Source of the DNA: Patescibacteria group bacterium
GTDB lineage: Bacteria > Patescibacteriota > Minisyncoccia > Phycocordibacterales > PALSA-1337
DNA length: 64,000 nt
Reading direction: 5' to 3'
Assembly (NCBI GenBank): GCA_018970245.1
Contig: JAGWWT010000004.1
Span: 785-64,784, forward strand
Position numbers and translations under genes: made by a program
Notes under the pieces: generated by a model
The model's input: the letters and a program-made list of their open reading frames with translations, nothing else
Told to the model about the DNA's origin: nothing
Database searches by the model: none
Shown here: piece after piece, positions 10,301 through 19,273 of the stretch
Numbering within the stretch: position 1 is the first letter of the stretch
Layout: the number at the start of each line of letters is the position of its first letter

Positions 10301-10655
10301 GAGTGTGATAATATGCGATCTCATCCTGAAGGCTTGGATTCGATAAAAACTCCTGCCGGGATGGGATATGATTCAGGACGCCCGCCGCCACCATCTGCGA
10401 GGCGGTATCGGTAAGCGTTTGCGGCATGAATTGATACCGGCCCATTGCGCCAATACCATTGACCGTTCGATAACTCTGCTCCGGATTTATTCCTCGCGTT
10501 TCATACGAACCGATCGCCTGCGTAAGCGCGCGCGCTTTCGCGTCCAACGAATCGTCAGGCTGCGCCTGCACGGATGCCGGAACATTCGCCGGTGGATTGC
10601 GCAAAAGCGCGCCAACGGTATCGTTCAATAGGTCGGTATTTACCGGATTTGGCAT
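4395..10655 (-). CDS. Large DNA-ejection / polyvalent internal virion protein with N-terminal lysozyme-like domain
   Basis: 2086 aa; AIGSYETRG..GAMGRYQFMPQT transglycosylase-like motif; degenerate pyrophosphatase-like segment; long helical C-terminus. Confidence 0.8.
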   Translation of the reverse strand: MPNPVNTDLLNDTVGALLRNPPANVPASVQAQPDDSLDAKARALTQAIGSYETRGINPEQSYRTVNGIGAMGRYQFMPQTLTDTASQMVAAGVLNHIPSRQEFLSNPSLQDEIAYYHTRQNLERNIRRVGDNQQAVTLAAIDHYGNNGGRLTSPAMHNGRVVGESPMMYAMNVRRLMDSEQAGALAAVNDLSGNDNQIEPSDPPDVQRAKAMRAISQPQVVQVSQTESTPQPVRNTGSKTYQDMVAEAQQRQAVYQPQQRPDLGTSVPVPPLVDNAQGVPVPQSVWNNPIQPNQISSPSGDGVVGQPAVPRTPFRAPDEGGAIGAVMNDQNYTSPTVQPAKPVGLVDEAGRVVTQVLSGVPQAVGQMLGYEDNLAPETQARLKALGIASAPIPGRTDDQRLAASLDPANKDDARKLDFLRQSLNKDAANVNIAENIEGPAADQEMADNGMGPRTGVGRFVGSAGQGLANFATKLATAEAVGVPELTGLNAMGSAALVGEAAPVITGQETPLQGAINVGGGELMGNAMKLPTIGLRFAGGALVGGGQNVLQTVASGRRIQPLATSVDAVQSGLMTIGGHALAEGSDVETPVEIKSEATPDAGVVAQPDPAKPFQPQPFTPEPVPALEPHIEKPQVVKGTDVMSNPPGHPQTPEPAEGQGIIARRIPMDIGAKAGSELPPTKTGLKPSMPKDLDAGTVNTPDGPVLALNGDASAGNKAYIVDAYGEDNKFLGHAVVGKVASAEDAQDALARYSTIRSLYGDEPVTRTEAHQVTQLPLRLWLEHGDRDTPFAAQKDAVAMGAWRINGQQGPAPNEAPEIPVATGLPSEEIQAITGDQNANTQGVEPANNIDQHQGDNGLVSQNGEDRQNETPVESPRAANSESNSGVVGGQEQVAEPITEGQQPVVTGVPRGTSEPPTGGEDNMGKPNLYGINRASDEAQRAEAGLGPAPAHVTISDAETDAKVAEIEKNNPRRGSDIIREITNKPRALDPTEIGLVRNEMATRHMAVLSAIKDVDEAKTDADRLDAQAILKERQGQLEEAQNAVLHMPESARSTAGRTLREFSRKLDMDYFQEPEAQDRLRRVVREVTPEQREWIKNHYTKMPGIVGKLHDAQEESANAHANVALQSLIEDARADAKRAATGSKNYVEFAKQKADAARARMAKRMSQLHASVLPVNPADIADLAIIGQEYLAKGFSKFADWSRPMLKEFGDRIKDHLAEIFKGSQSLHDADAMRFAAQSNKDEGGPVTQSRVFNLVRGYVQNGETDLHPIMEKVTADLQKDSPGITEREVRDIFTQYGKQRKPSQAEDLKLTREIRSLALLTNKKEDLEKGILPPRTGLQRDNSTPRVRELRKTVDRLLTSARIDEQQSPEKLRTDYEKKVARLKNSIEDIDRQIKDGRDPATKRQLDTEEIADLKRVRMERSELLNRLQPKEETPMDLRVQQYNQTLDRQIVRIKDRLAQYHAASGADTPIIDKAKKTALALDRATDKKRADYEAWKREERMFIRKAELDARTPSQKIWDTFPRWRRAAVLSSPAILVKLVNAAATRAVTTPAEEAVGGVFSRMLPRIAEAAPREGYLNLKAEASAFQSLPQGIKDAAKKFGFKQTELEELWGKKEIEKPTPSDYPGYVHGGLKAPIKRMEWERSVVKRTAWAERQGMDVNDPATIDLIKKTAYRDAQRAIFMQDNRFTKWWNDYATQMSKSSSAYARGFSRLMHVLLPVVKIPTNMAVEGLAHTPLGLGEGARSLLSERRAMKAGGETYSVDPEVADHILRMFKKGSIGTTLLTLGYLYPQYSGGFYQGGEKRDPEDLGPGEFRIAGARIPNVLMHTPQALAWALGATIRRSLDREADEGNEFGIGPLMRSIGAGAIGISENVPMVELLDAIGRNMDTPGHAQSYVTNLISSSVPGLSRTAAMATDVDQNGQAPTPLESLGRVFWPSVKPIRRSPQGVLENIKMNIPSLRETVPEDPEFPIEQLKAHQHAELMQAYRNGGEKAAEQAAHRMGIPRREVQSIASKHLPPLQKAVASGKMGEIYQAWERATPAERSGVRAKVIEHISRSRMSDDEKRMWRSKFGITGAMRRPAPSSLF
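7982..8152 (-). CDS. Nested small basic phage protein (56 aa) in an alternative frame
   Basis: SD CAGGAG-ACCAAA-ATG; MPILKGSSQQTISTNIKEIM...GKIGKTKP...AKAIAESSADKSK resembles the common MPLKKGxSxKTISxNI..AVAIA phage family. Confidence 0.7.
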   Translation of the reverse strand: MPILKGSSQQTISTNIKEIMDSYHKTGKIGKTKPRSKAHALQIAKAIAESSADKSK

Positions 10656-12196
10656 TAGATCAAATATGGGTCGTACTGGAGTGCCGTTACGTTAACGGGA
10701 TTTGAGCCGATAGAATTCGAAGTAATGAGTAGCCCGGTCCATGTCGATGCACCTGTTGAAGAATTTACGACATCGGCGCGGCCATTGCCGCCAATAACCG
10801 CCCACGGACTTCCGCCAGTAAGACGCACGTAATGAGCAGAATGAATATAAGCCACATAGCAGGTTCCCGGATACGTGGCTGGCGTCACTCCGGATGGGTA
10901 TGTACCATCGAATGCAACTGACGTTGCGATAGTCTCGGCATAGGTGTCGGTATGGCTGAAGCGTGCGATTGCGGGAGCGTCTCCGATATACCCATTGGTA
11001 TTGTTGAACAGTGGCGTTCCCATGAGGAACGCGTAAGCGGAGCCAGAGGATGCCGGCCCCAGCGCGACCGCTCCATGTTGCGAGCCATGCTTGTGCGATA
11101 CATCGCCACCGCCGCGCACCATAAGAGATCCGTAGATATTACAATCGTTCGCCACCACACGCGCGGAGACCTGTTCGAATGTTATGGATGGTGCGTTCGT
11201 ATCCAGGAAACCTCGCTGGCCAAAATTCGGACCGAGTACTCGCCACGCATAGCCGCCGGGAATGTAGTCCGTTGGGCCAGCCGCATCGCTGCTCGGATTT
11301 TGCAGCCACGATCGTATCGTGCATCGCTCCAGGATCGTCGCTCCCGCTTCAAGGCCCAATATCTGTATCTGAAGAGGAGCGCGGTTTTCGTCAGCAAGTG
11401 GTGTTGTATCGGTTGAGAACCATTTACATCCTTCCGCATAAAACCGCTGCTGGGCGAACATCGCAACAGCATCGGAATAAAACTCGCAATCCTTGAGCCG
11501 AATAAGCGGCCACGCCGGAGTCGCGTCGGGCGTGCCGGGCATGAGCCACAAACCGCCTTGTAAATTCGGCCCTGATTTCTCATCGCTGGCATAAGAGCGA
11601 AATGCGATTCCCTCGAACCGCGTATCGAGGTTCGCGTAAGGCATCGTGGGTTTCGGTGCCGCACTCTGAACTGCGATACATCCACCGATCATCGGAAGGC
11701 CAATGCCGATAAAATCAATGCCCTGCGTATCGACTGTAAAATGTTCGATCCATGAACCACCCACTATAATAACGGCCACACGTGCGTTTGGAAAACCCTT
11801 AATAAGCTTCGACATCACGACCGCCTTTGCATACGCATCGGCAACGGAAGATGCCTTGGACTGGTAAAGATAGCCCGGATTGAGTGGCGGTATCTGGTCG
11901 GTCTCCGATGAATCATGATCGCGAGCGACCATAACGTAGCCACCATAAAGGGAACCGGACTCTTTGTGCCATCGGTCGATGACGGCTGGCGGTACGAATT
12001 GCTTTGGCGGCGCGGAGATCGGAACTGAGGCTGGAGCAGCCGCCTGCTGCACTGTAGTCGCGGTGGCTGGCGATTCCTCCAGTAAGCGGCGCTTGAACTC
12101 TTTATCGAGAGAACTCGGAGATTGCGGATCGGTTCCATAGTCCAGCTTACGGCGAACCTTATAGTCGAATGTTACATTCCGCTGGCGTGGATCCAT
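10655..12196 (-). CDS. Tailspike-like beta-helix protein
   Basis: 513 aa; repeated short beta strands (RFEGIAF, RLKDCEF, AEGCKW, LERCTI); follows nozzle gene. Confidence 0.6.
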   Translation of the reverse strand: MDPRQRNVTFDYKVRRKLDYGTDPQSPSSLDKEFKRRLLEESPATATTVQQAAAPASVPISAPPKQFVPPAVIDRWHKESGSLYGGYVMVARDHDSSETDQIPPLNPGYLYQSKASSVADAYAKAVVMSKLIKGFPNARVAVIIVGGSWIEHFTVDTQGIDFIGIGLPMIGGCIAVQSAAPKPTMPYANLDTRFEGIAFRSYASDEKSGPNLQGGLWLMPGTPDATPAWPLIRLKDCEFYSDAVAMFAQQRFYAEGCKWFSTDTTPLADENRAPLQIQILGLEAGATILERCTIRSWLQNPSSDAAGPTDYIPGGYAWRVLGPNFGQRGFLDTNAPSITFEQVSARVVANDCNIYGSLMVRGGGDVSHKHGSQHGAVALGPASSGSAYAFLMGTPLFNNTNGYIGDAPAIARFSHTDTYAETIATSVAFDGTYPSGVTPATYPGTCYVAYIHSAHYVRLTGGSPWAVIGGNGRADVVNSSTGASTWTGLLITSNSIGSNPVNVTALQYDPYLI

Positions 12197-12198
12197 CG

Positions 12199-15100
12199 CT
12201 ACCTCGGATGATGATGTTTAAGTGCTACATCAAAATTAAGCGATTGGAACTCGCCGTGATGGTCGCCATTGGTGTCCGGCTGCGTAAGCACGCGAACGAT
12301 CGGTGCGACCGCCTTCGATTCGATCGCCACGTTCGTCCCACGCGAAGCAAGCACCACCGGTCGATCAGGAAATCCGTTTGTCACCGGCCATACCCTGCAC
12401 CGGGTATTGATGTGTCCCCATTGCGGGTCATAGCTGAAGTCGGGTTTCGCCGCACCATGCACGAGCTTAATGTCAGCAGAAATTTTCATCTTGAGGTATA
12501 TCTGCCGCAGTTGCTTCGGCGATGACGTCATACCAAGAGAGAATGGCTTCTCGGCGCAAGTCGTGCCCTGCCAGTCAACATACGAATAATCGCAGTTCAC
12601 CAGCGATAGCTTTCCCTGGTCGGTACTCTTCAGGCTGTGAAATGCAGCCCATAATGTGCCGTCCCCGTGCGAATAAAGTAACACTCGCTCAGAGCGATAC
12701 GCTTCATAGGCAACCCTGGCAACCGAGATAACGCCAGGGGCAGATTCGCCATATACCCCAACCAATGCAAAATCTGGCGTCAAATCGAACTGGTAATTCT
12801 CGAGACCAAGTAGCGCACCCGTTAGGTACTGCCTGCGTATCTCTCCGGTGGTAAATTTGTAAATAAATGTCGCCTGTGGCAGCGCGTTCTCCGGATGTCC
12901 TGCCGCCGTCCAGAGATCGAGCGAGCTTGGGAAGTGTATCCATATCTCATAACGATGGGCGAGCGCGCCCATCGATGCGCGCATAGCATTCGCAAGCCTT
13001 GGCTGGCCCGGTATCTGCTCGTCAAGGTATTTCCTGATGGCTGTAGCAATCTGGCCGGCTGCCGGCGAGATACCATCGCCCTCGGCAATATAAACACCAT
13101 CGGGAGACAAGAAGAACACTCCTTTGTTCCATTTGCAAATACCGAATCTCGATACGCACCCCACCTGCCTCGTATTCTCCTCGATACGCACCGTGCCGCC
13201 GTTAAGCGTCGTCCACGTCGATCCCGATGTCATAAACACGAGAAGATCGCCATAAACCGTCTCCGCGCCCACTACCGCGCCGTATGGCCCATAATCTTCG
13301 ACCTGTTGGGCTGGGAAGTTGTACGGCTGGTCGCCCACGGAATAAATTCCCTGCGTTGGCTCGTAGGACTGCTTTACGTCTTTCGATGGGCGTGTCGTCT
13401 GATGCGCGTATTTATTCGTTCCACCTATAATGTTGGTGTAAATATCCTGAGCGTCGATCGAGAACATGGGCTGCGTAACGGGAATCGTGCCCAGGTCATA
13501 GTACGTGCGAGTTCCAGTATTCGAATAACTTGCCCAAATATGGATTCCGGTTATAAACGGATCTGCGCCGCGCGGTGGGACGATAAAAATACCGCTCGCC
13601 GCATCCCCCCAGTTCTGATCGTAATTCAGCACCACGTCACGCAGATCCGAATTATTGCCAAGTTGATCCACGTAAGCAAAATGAAATGCGAGTAAATTAA
13701 GCCTATCTGGGGCGCTCGCAGGATTCATTTTATTAAGCGCCAGCCCACCCTCGTCGATCACGCCGTTATACTGACCCGCACAGTAATTCGCCGATACCTC
13801 CGGACCCGGAGTGTCAATCCAGTACGTCGTTCGAATATTGCCAAGCCATAACTTGGTCATGAAATCGCGAGCAACCTGACCGGAGTATTGTCCCACTTCG
13901 AAGCCATCATAGTCGAATGGATTATCACCGGTATCGAGCGCGTTGTCGGCTACATTGTCCGTGAATGGGCTACCGGGTTTTACCGAGCCAGCGTAGCCAT
14001 AGATATGCGGTTCACTTAACGAATCAACGTTGGAATTCGCCTTGTCGTCCTTACCGAAATGGCCCGTGCGATAAATGCGAATCTCGGTCACGGAACCGGC
14101 GGGAAATGCTGTAAGATCGAAGTCGTCGAAATTAAAAACTGTTTGCGGCGCATTCCATAGTTCGCTCGCGGGGCAAGCGACCTTATAGGGCGGTGCGCCA
14201 CCAAGATTTGCACCCGTGGCCGTCCACCACCCGAGCCACGTCGCGGCAAAATAATAGGGATCGGTCGTTACATCCGTCGCATAGCCGCGAAACTTATTGC
14301 GCAGATTAAAATAATCCGGATTGGTGGGCCAGCCATACGTATAGTGATCTTTTTGGTCGAATGGATAATTAGCCCAAAAGCCGTAGGCATTACTGCCTTG
14401 TTCGTGACCATCATTATTATCGACGTCGAAAAAATGATAGCCTATTCCGCCATTCTGGTCGCGCCAGCTATTACCATGCCCACCAACTTTATTTTTGATA
14501 CCGTAGCCACTGAAATCAGTGCCATAAATAAGCCCTGGAAACTGTACGTGTCCGTTGCCATCTTCCGCCCCCAATGTCGCTGGTTTGTAAATTCGATCCT
14601 CGATCCACAAATCCTGCGAAGGCTTGCCGTATCGCTGAATCTTGTTGCCACGCGAGTCCGTCACCGTGTAAACCGGAACGAAAACATAACCCCACGCTCG
14701 ACTTTTCGAATGATTGGCAGAACCTAAAAGAGGATTCGTCTGATTGGCTTCGCCTGACGTTGCGCCTGTCCCGGTATTAACTCTTCTATCGGAATCATCG
14801 GCTGCGAGCGTTGCATCGCCCGATGGATACACCCACTCCGGCTCAACCAACATCGCATAAACCGAACTGGGTACGGACTTGACGGGATCGTTGTCCGACA
14901 GCCAATAATCCGCGTTAATATCCATCCGGGTAATCTGATGATCGCCGGTGTTCGGGTCAGTCACATAGATCGGATTACCATTGCCGTCATTTGTGGCGGC
15001 ATAGAGCAAAAGATCGCCTTGGGCTTTGGTAGCGAATGTCCATTTCTTCGGTATGGTGCCGGGAATTTTACCGAGTTCCGTGACCACCCATGTGCCATTG

Positions 15101-15504
15101 CCGCCATCGGGAAGCGGCTGACCGGAGACCATCGCCAAGGTCACCGTATTCGATGGATAACATTCGAACGTACCATACTCGAATATCGTGATGATAAGCG
15201 AGTTCCCGACCTGACACATAGATACTGGCGGCTCCGCTGCAACACCTGTACACACGGTTACCGGATTAGCATAAAGCACCTCATCCGCACCGGCCGTAAT
15301 CGGCGTCTTGGGCCACGATCCGGGCGTAAACTGCGATCCTGGCGGACCCTCATTTGTTTTATCGCCAACCAGAAAGCATATTTCCTGCGCGTCACCATTC
15401 CAATATACCACGATCGCGTATCGGCGCGCATCCTCGATCTTGGACGTTACGCCTTCCAAGAGATACTCACCATTGGCTACGATCGCAAGATTGGTAACTG
15501 CCAT
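12199..15504 (-). CDS. Tail nozzle/muzzle protein (P22 gp10 / T7 gp12-like), main part
   Basis: 1101 aa; propeller-like motifs VGCVSRFGI, VFFLSPDGVY, KPFSLGMTSSPKQLRQIYL; Ig-like insert (IRIYRT, FTDNVAD). Confidence 0.75.
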   Translation of the reverse strand: MAVTNLAIVANGEYLLEGVTSKIEDARRYAIVVYWNGDAQEICFLVGDKTNEGPPGSQFTPGSWPKTPITAGADEVLYANPVTVCTGVAAEPPVSMCQVGNSLIITIFEYGTFECYPSNTVTLAMVSGQPLPDGGNGTWVVTELGKIPGTIPKKWTFATKAQGDLLLYAATNDGNGNPIYVTDPNTGDHQITRMDINADYWLSDNDPVKSVPSSVYAMLVEPEWVYPSGDATLAADDSDRRVNTGTGATSGEANQTNPLLGSANHSKSRAWGYVFVPVYTVTDSRGNKIQRYGKPSQDLWIEDRIYKPATLGAEDGNGHVQFPGLIYGTDFSGYGIKNKVGGHGNSWRDQNGGIGYHFFDVDNNDGHEQGSNAYGFWANYPFDQKDHYTYGWPTNPDYFNLRNKFRGYATDVTTDPYYFAATWLGWWTATGANLGGAPPYKVACPASELWNAPQTVFNFDDFDLTAFPAGSVTEIRIYRTGHFGKDDKANSNVDSLSEPHIYGYAGSVKPGSPFTDNVADNALDTGDNPFDYDGFEVGQYSGQVARDFMTKLWLGNIRTTYWIDTPGPEVSANYCAGQYNGVIDEGGLALNKMNPASAPDRLNLLAFHFAYVDQLGNNSDLRDVVLNYDQNWGDAASGIFIVPPRGADPFITGIHIWASYSNTGTRTYYDLGTIPVTQPMFSIDAQDIYTNIIGGTNKYAHQTTRPSKDVKQSYEPTQGIYSVGDQPYNFPAQQVEDYGPYGAVVGAETVYGDLLVFMTSGSTWTTLNGGTVRIEENTRQVGCVSRFGICKWNKGVFFLSPDGVYIAEGDGISPAAGQIATAIRKYLDEQIPGQPRLANAMRASMGALAHRYEIWIHFPSSLDLWTAAGHPENALPQATFIYKFTTGEIRRQYLTGALLGLENYQFDLTPDFALVGVYGESAPGVISVARVAYEAYRSERVLLYSHGDGTLWAAFHSLKSTDQGKLSLVNCDYSYVDWQGTTCAEKPFSLGMTSSPKQLRQIYLKMKISADIKLVHGAAKPDFSYDPQWGHINTRCRVWPVTNGFPDRPVVLASRGTNVAIESKAVAPIVRVLTQPDTNGDHHGEFQSLNFDVALKHHHPR

Positions 15505-15785
15505 TAGAACTTCAAATTCCTGGAAGAAATAATTATTGAATGCTCCCGATGCCCCGTGCGAATCACGATACTACCAGGGGAATCGATGCGCCAATTCCGC
15601 AAATCCCAAAATCGCGATGGATCGATTACGCCTTCGTTGGCATCCAGGTCGAGACCCTGAAGCGGACTCGTCACCTGATGGTGATACTCGATGCCGGCTT
15701 TACGCTGCGCGACATTTAGCGCAACTCCCGTCGATTTAAGATCGGGAACGCGCTCACCGGATTCTCTGACGGTTCCTATTGTCAT
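15504..15785 (-). CDS. N-terminal segment of nozzle protein encoded as a separate ORF
   Basis: GLDLDANEGVIDPSRFWDLRNWRIDSPGSIVIRTG resembles gp10-like N-termini; TAATG overlap. Confidence 0.6.
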   Translation of the reverse strand: MTIGTVRESGERVPDLKSTGVALNVAQRKAGIEYHHQVTSPLQGLDLDANEGVIDPSRFWDLRNWRIDSPGSIVIRTGHREHSIIISSRNLKF

Positions 15786-16525
15786 CGAACGGCCCCCATC
15801 AGAATAGGCGGCGGTGTCAAATTCGAATAATCGACATTGGTACGCCGAACGTCATTCTTCGATCGCTCGAACCGCATGAGCGCATCCGCCGCAAGTTGCG
15901 CGTCCGACGCCGTCCGGAATGGCTTTTTAAGCAAAATCTGGGCATAGCAATAATCCACCATCCCCATGATCGCATCCGTGAACTCGCGTTCCGGACCATT
16001 GGCTTTCATCGCAGTCGTGGGGTCGGCACCGTACCCACTCCAATTCGTCGAATCGCCGATCGAGTACGGCACGCAAAACGGCATGTACCGAACTGTCAGG
16101 GTTCCCGTCGCTCCGGCGTATGGATACAGCCAGAACTTTCCGTAAGCTTCCGCCAGGTAAAGCCTGGCTCCGTTTTGCGGATAGGTTTCGAGACCGAGTA
16201 CGAGAACATTATTATTGGCCTGGTGAATATAGTTCTCGTACCAGTCATAACTGCATCGAACGACCGGAGTGAAATCCAAATTGGTGTCGGCCTGATACCG
16301 AGCATCCATCGACTCTTTATAGTCATTCGGATAGGCGTAAGAACCATCCGTGGAATTCGGGTCGAGGGTGATCGCATACGACTTGCGTAGCGCATTCGTA
16401 GCCTTCTGAAGCTCATGCCGAGCCTCGGATAGCCACGTCATGCCCTCCGTCACATCCAGCCAGTGAACCGGATCGACGATACGCGCCCGCGTGAGCGCCA
16501 GTGACCACATATCCCAGTACGTCAT
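15782..16525 (-). CDS. Head-tail adaptor / ring protein 5
   Basis: MTYWDMW..WLSEARHEL..YAYPNDY..LYPY..GTLTVRY. Confidence 0.7.
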   Translation of the reverse strand: MTYWDMWSLALTRARIVDPVHWLDVTEGMTWLSEARHELQKATNALRKSYAITLDPNSTDGSYAYPNDYKESMDARYQADTNLDFTPVVRCSYDWYENYIHQANNNVLVLGLETYPQNGARLYLAEAYGKFWLYPYAGATGTLTVRYMPFCVPYSIGDSTNWSGYGADPTTAMKANGPEREFTDAIMGMVDYCYAQILLKKPFRTASDAQLAADALMRFERSKNDVRRTNVDYSNLTPPPILMGAVR

Positions 16526-16965
16526 GTCTTGTCACTGCCTCCGGTTTCCGCAAATTCACGGAGCAATTCTCGGTCCGTCAAATAGATGCCGCCAAATTCA
16601 CGCCGGTCGCCAATCGCATCAATAATTGATTGCAACTGGCGCTTCACGTCGGATATAAACGCTGGCGACCAATCCCTTGGGTCGCCCTTTTCTAAGAAGC
16701 CTTTAACCGCGTCATATAGTCTTGGTGCATGTTCAAAAAGCCTCTCTCGATTTATTGGACGATTTCGTAATTCGAGGCACGCGTAATGACGCTCATATAG
16801 ATGCGGTCCGCGTCCAGCAAACGTATCGGGTTCAACAGCACGAACGGCGATACCAGACAGTAGGTCGATGTCGCCCTGCTTTGGCAAAACGATACGTCCA
16901 TGAAAATCATTACGTCGATAATCTTCAGCGATCTCCCGCTCGTCTATTGTCGTATCTATCTTCAT
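16522..16965 (-). CDS. Hypothetical protein
   Basis: 147 aa ORF, ATGA-coupled inside the ring-protein cluster. Confidence 0.6.
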   Translation of the reverse strand: MKIDTTIDEREIAEDYRRNDFHGRIVLPKQGDIDLLSGIAVRAVEPDTFAGRGPHLYERHYACLELRNRPINRERLFEHAPRLYDAVKGFLEKGDPRDWSPAFISDVKRQLQSIIDAIGDRREFGGIYLTDRELLREFAETGGSDKT

Positions 16966-16969
16966 TTTC

Positions 16970-17623
16970 CTACCCTCCGAACGTTACATCTTTTTCGTAC
17001 ACATTCTTCGGTTCGCGCTCCGCTTCGAAATTATCCATCATCTTGCCAAGCGCGTCCAATGCCTCTTCGGATACCGAAGGCGTCTCGTCCTGAATCTGGT
17101 ATCGCTCGCGAATGAGATCGACGCACAGCATGACAAGCTCCTCTTCGAAGATTGATGGCAGGAGCGCATAATATCCATTGCCCGGATCGGTGATCTCCAC
17201 GGTATCGTCCGTAGATGGCCCGAATGTCCAGAGGTAATAAAGCGTACCGGTTACCGCCGGCTGGAACTCCAGCGTTGCGTGCTCCAGCGTGGCAATCGGC
17301 TTACCGGATGTCGGCGCGATATACTGATTGAGTACGGTGGTTTCTGTATCGCGATGATTAAGTAGTCGCGCCGCGCCACGATTGGCGGTCGGCACCTCGA
17401 TTGCTACGACATCGAAGAAATCCGATGGCAGTGAAAACGAGCTTACGTTATTCAGTGCAACGGATTTTGTGTAGAACCCAGGATACATCGTAACCGCATA
17501 CGAGTACATGCGCTGAAGCGCCTGATCGACGATAAGCTCGATCGTGCCCCAGTCCTGAAGCTCGTTCTCGATCACGTCGGGAACTCGCTCGAATATCTGC
17601 TCGATAAGTGTTTTTCTCGTCAT
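16970..17623 (-). CDS. Head-tail adaptor / ring protein 4
   Basis: Likely start MTRKTLIEQ (ATGA overlap); FSLPSDFF, LEFQP, LLPSIFEEELV. Confidence 0.7.
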   Translation of the reverse strand: MTRKTLIEQIFERVPDVIENELQDWGTIELIVDQALQRMYSYAVTMYPGFYTKSVALNNVSSFSLPSDFFDVVAIEVPTANRGAARLLNHRDTETTVLNQYIAPTSGKPIATLEHATLEFQPAVTGTLYYLWTFGPSTDDTVEITDPGNGYYALLPSIFEEELVMLCVDLIRERYQIQDETPSVSEEALDALGKMMDNFEAEREPKNVYEKDVTFGG

Positions 17624-18300
17624 ACGACCTCCCGCACCTCTTTCTTCTGAATCTTTTGCAGATCGGTAAACAGCCTGCCAATAGACTGAATACTTTCCTG
17701 CCGCGCTTTTTCCATAAGCTGCTGACGCTTCGGCCCTGTCACCAGATACTCGATGATACGCTTGAGCGATGCCGCATGAACATAGGGCGCACTGAACGCC
17801 GGAAGCCCATCGTCGGTCGAGTCCGCTATCGTCGCCCCGAATAATTTCGGAGGGCGTGGATAGTAGTGAAGCGTAACCGATTGCAGGTTTGCGGCATAAG
17901 GCAAGCCCGTTGTCGGATCGGTCATCGTGGTGTCCGGCAGGAACATGCACTTTTGATTCACCGTATAAAAATCCGGGTAATTCGGTGTCGCCGTGTTGTA
18001 CTCGGTGAATTTCCGCGTCGGAACCAAGTCCGGTGGAATATACCGCACTGGCACTTTTTGTGCATTCAGGGTATAATATGCCCGGTTGCCGTAGGCCACC
18101 CAATCGGCGGGCAGCGGATCGCCGTGATTTACAGTAACCGTCTTGCGCTCGAAGGCTTCCTGAGCGGTAAGTAGCGTTCGCCATACACGGCGAACGGCAT
18201 ACTCATTGAATTGGTCAATAATTTGGCTGGGTATCTTGAGTAACGGAGCATACTGCGCCGCCAAGACCACCACAGCATCGCGATGTTCACCTTTTGTCAT
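17620..18300 (-). CDS. Head-tail adaptor / ring protein 3
   Basis: MTKGEHRDAV..FNEYAVRRVW..LPADW..VTLHYYPRP..LPAF. Confidence 0.7.
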   Translation of the reverse strand: MTKGEHRDAVVVLAAQYAPLLKIPSQIIDQFNEYAVRRVWRTLLTAQEAFERKTVTVNHGDPLPADWVAYGNRAYYTLNAQKVPVRYIPPDLVPTRKFTEYNTATPNYPDFYTVNQKCMFLPDTTMTDPTTGLPYAANLQSVTLHYYPRPPKLFGATIADSTDDGLPAFSAPYVHAASLKRIIEYLVTGPKRQQLMEKARQESIQSIGRLFTDLQKIQKKEVREVV

Positions 18301-18872
18301 AATGCGCCCTCCGGCTCAAAATCTTGTACTGCTAATCTGCCATGCACCCACTCCTTACGCTCTTCGTCAAATCCCGCTGGCGGCAGGATAAGATCGTCGT
18401 TTTGCCAGGAGCCGAGTGCGGGTTCGACCAAAACCGTAAGCTGTATCTGATAACCCTTGAATGCTATCTGGCCGTTGGCTAAAATAGCATAAACTGTAAA
18501 ATTCGATGCGCTGGCGTTATACGCCTGATACCATTGCGATATACTTACCCGCTGCGCCGGCTTCCATGTGGTGTCGCCATTGTTAAGCTGGATGAGCGCG
18601 CCTGATACACCGATTGCATTCTGCGGCAGCGTCACCGAGGTTCCGGTTATTATCGTTACCGCATCCGACCCCGCCGCCTGCAGCGCGTCGGGATTTAAGT
18701 CCCGTAATTTCCGCTGGCTGATCTCCAGCAGGAAATTCTCGATGTCCGTTTGATCCCAGTACGGCAGCATGGGTTCGTAGTCGGAAAAATCCGCCTGCGT
18801 GTCTTCGATCTCGCGCTGCTCGCTTGCGATTTGAGCGATAAGATCGGCCCATGCTGTCTGTGGTACTGGCAT
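18297..18872 (-). CDS. Head-tail adaptor / ring protein 2
   Basis: WDQTDIENFL..VTLPQNA..ILPPAGFDE. Confidence 0.6.
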   Translation of the reverse strand: MPVPQTAWADLIAQIASEQREIEDTQADFSDYEPMLPYWDQTDIENFLLEISQRKLRDLNPDALQAAGSDAVTIITGTSVTLPQNAIGVSGALIQLNNGDTTWKPAQRVSISQWYQAYNASASNFTVYAILANGQIAFKGYQIQLTVLVEPALGSWQNDDLILPPAGFDEERKEWVHGRLAVQDFEPEGAL

Positions 18873-19273
18873 TATTTATTCGCGGTCATCCGTGCGTGCG
18901 TTTCCAGCGAGAACCCGATGTCACGAGCCTGCTGAAGCGCCTGCTGAAGCCATGGCGATGGGTGTGTGGCGCACGCCCACTGAAGCTCTTCCGCGAGCTT
19001 TTTGCACCAAATCGGAAGATGCGCCATGCGCTCTTCGTCCGATAACGGCGCAATGTTTGCGGGTGCAAGCTGCGGCGTAATCACATAGGTATTGCGGTAC
19101 ATGGCGGACTTCACTCTATCCAGCGTAGTAAGCGCACCCCCCTGTTCGTCCAGAACATCTTCACCTTTTGCGTTAAGCAAAAGGTCGATAGCATTTAACA
19201 TAACCTGCGCCGAGTTTGGATTCGGCTGCTCGTCACCCGGATCGGCATTTGTCAAAGTTTCCTGGTCTGTCAT
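18872..19273 (-). CDS. Hypothetical protein
   Basis: MTDQETL...; coupled on both sides (ATGA, TAATG). Confidence 0.6.
   Translation of the reverse strand: MTDQETLTNADPGDEQPNPNSAQVMLNAIDLLLNAKGEDVLDEQGGALTTLDRVKSAMYRNTYVITPQLAPANIAPLSDEERMAHLPIWCKKLAEELQWACATHPSPWLQQALQQARDIGFSLETHARMTANK

Noticed and set aside
12895-13695. Long plus-strand ORFs opposite structural genes (also 19950-20558, 28861-29595)
   Set aside because: Antisense shadows: Arg/His-rich, no recognisable motifs
17624-18184. 404-aa version of ORF 16970-18184
   Set aside because: The extension overlaps ring protein 17620-18300; ATG 17623 with ATGA coupling is the better start
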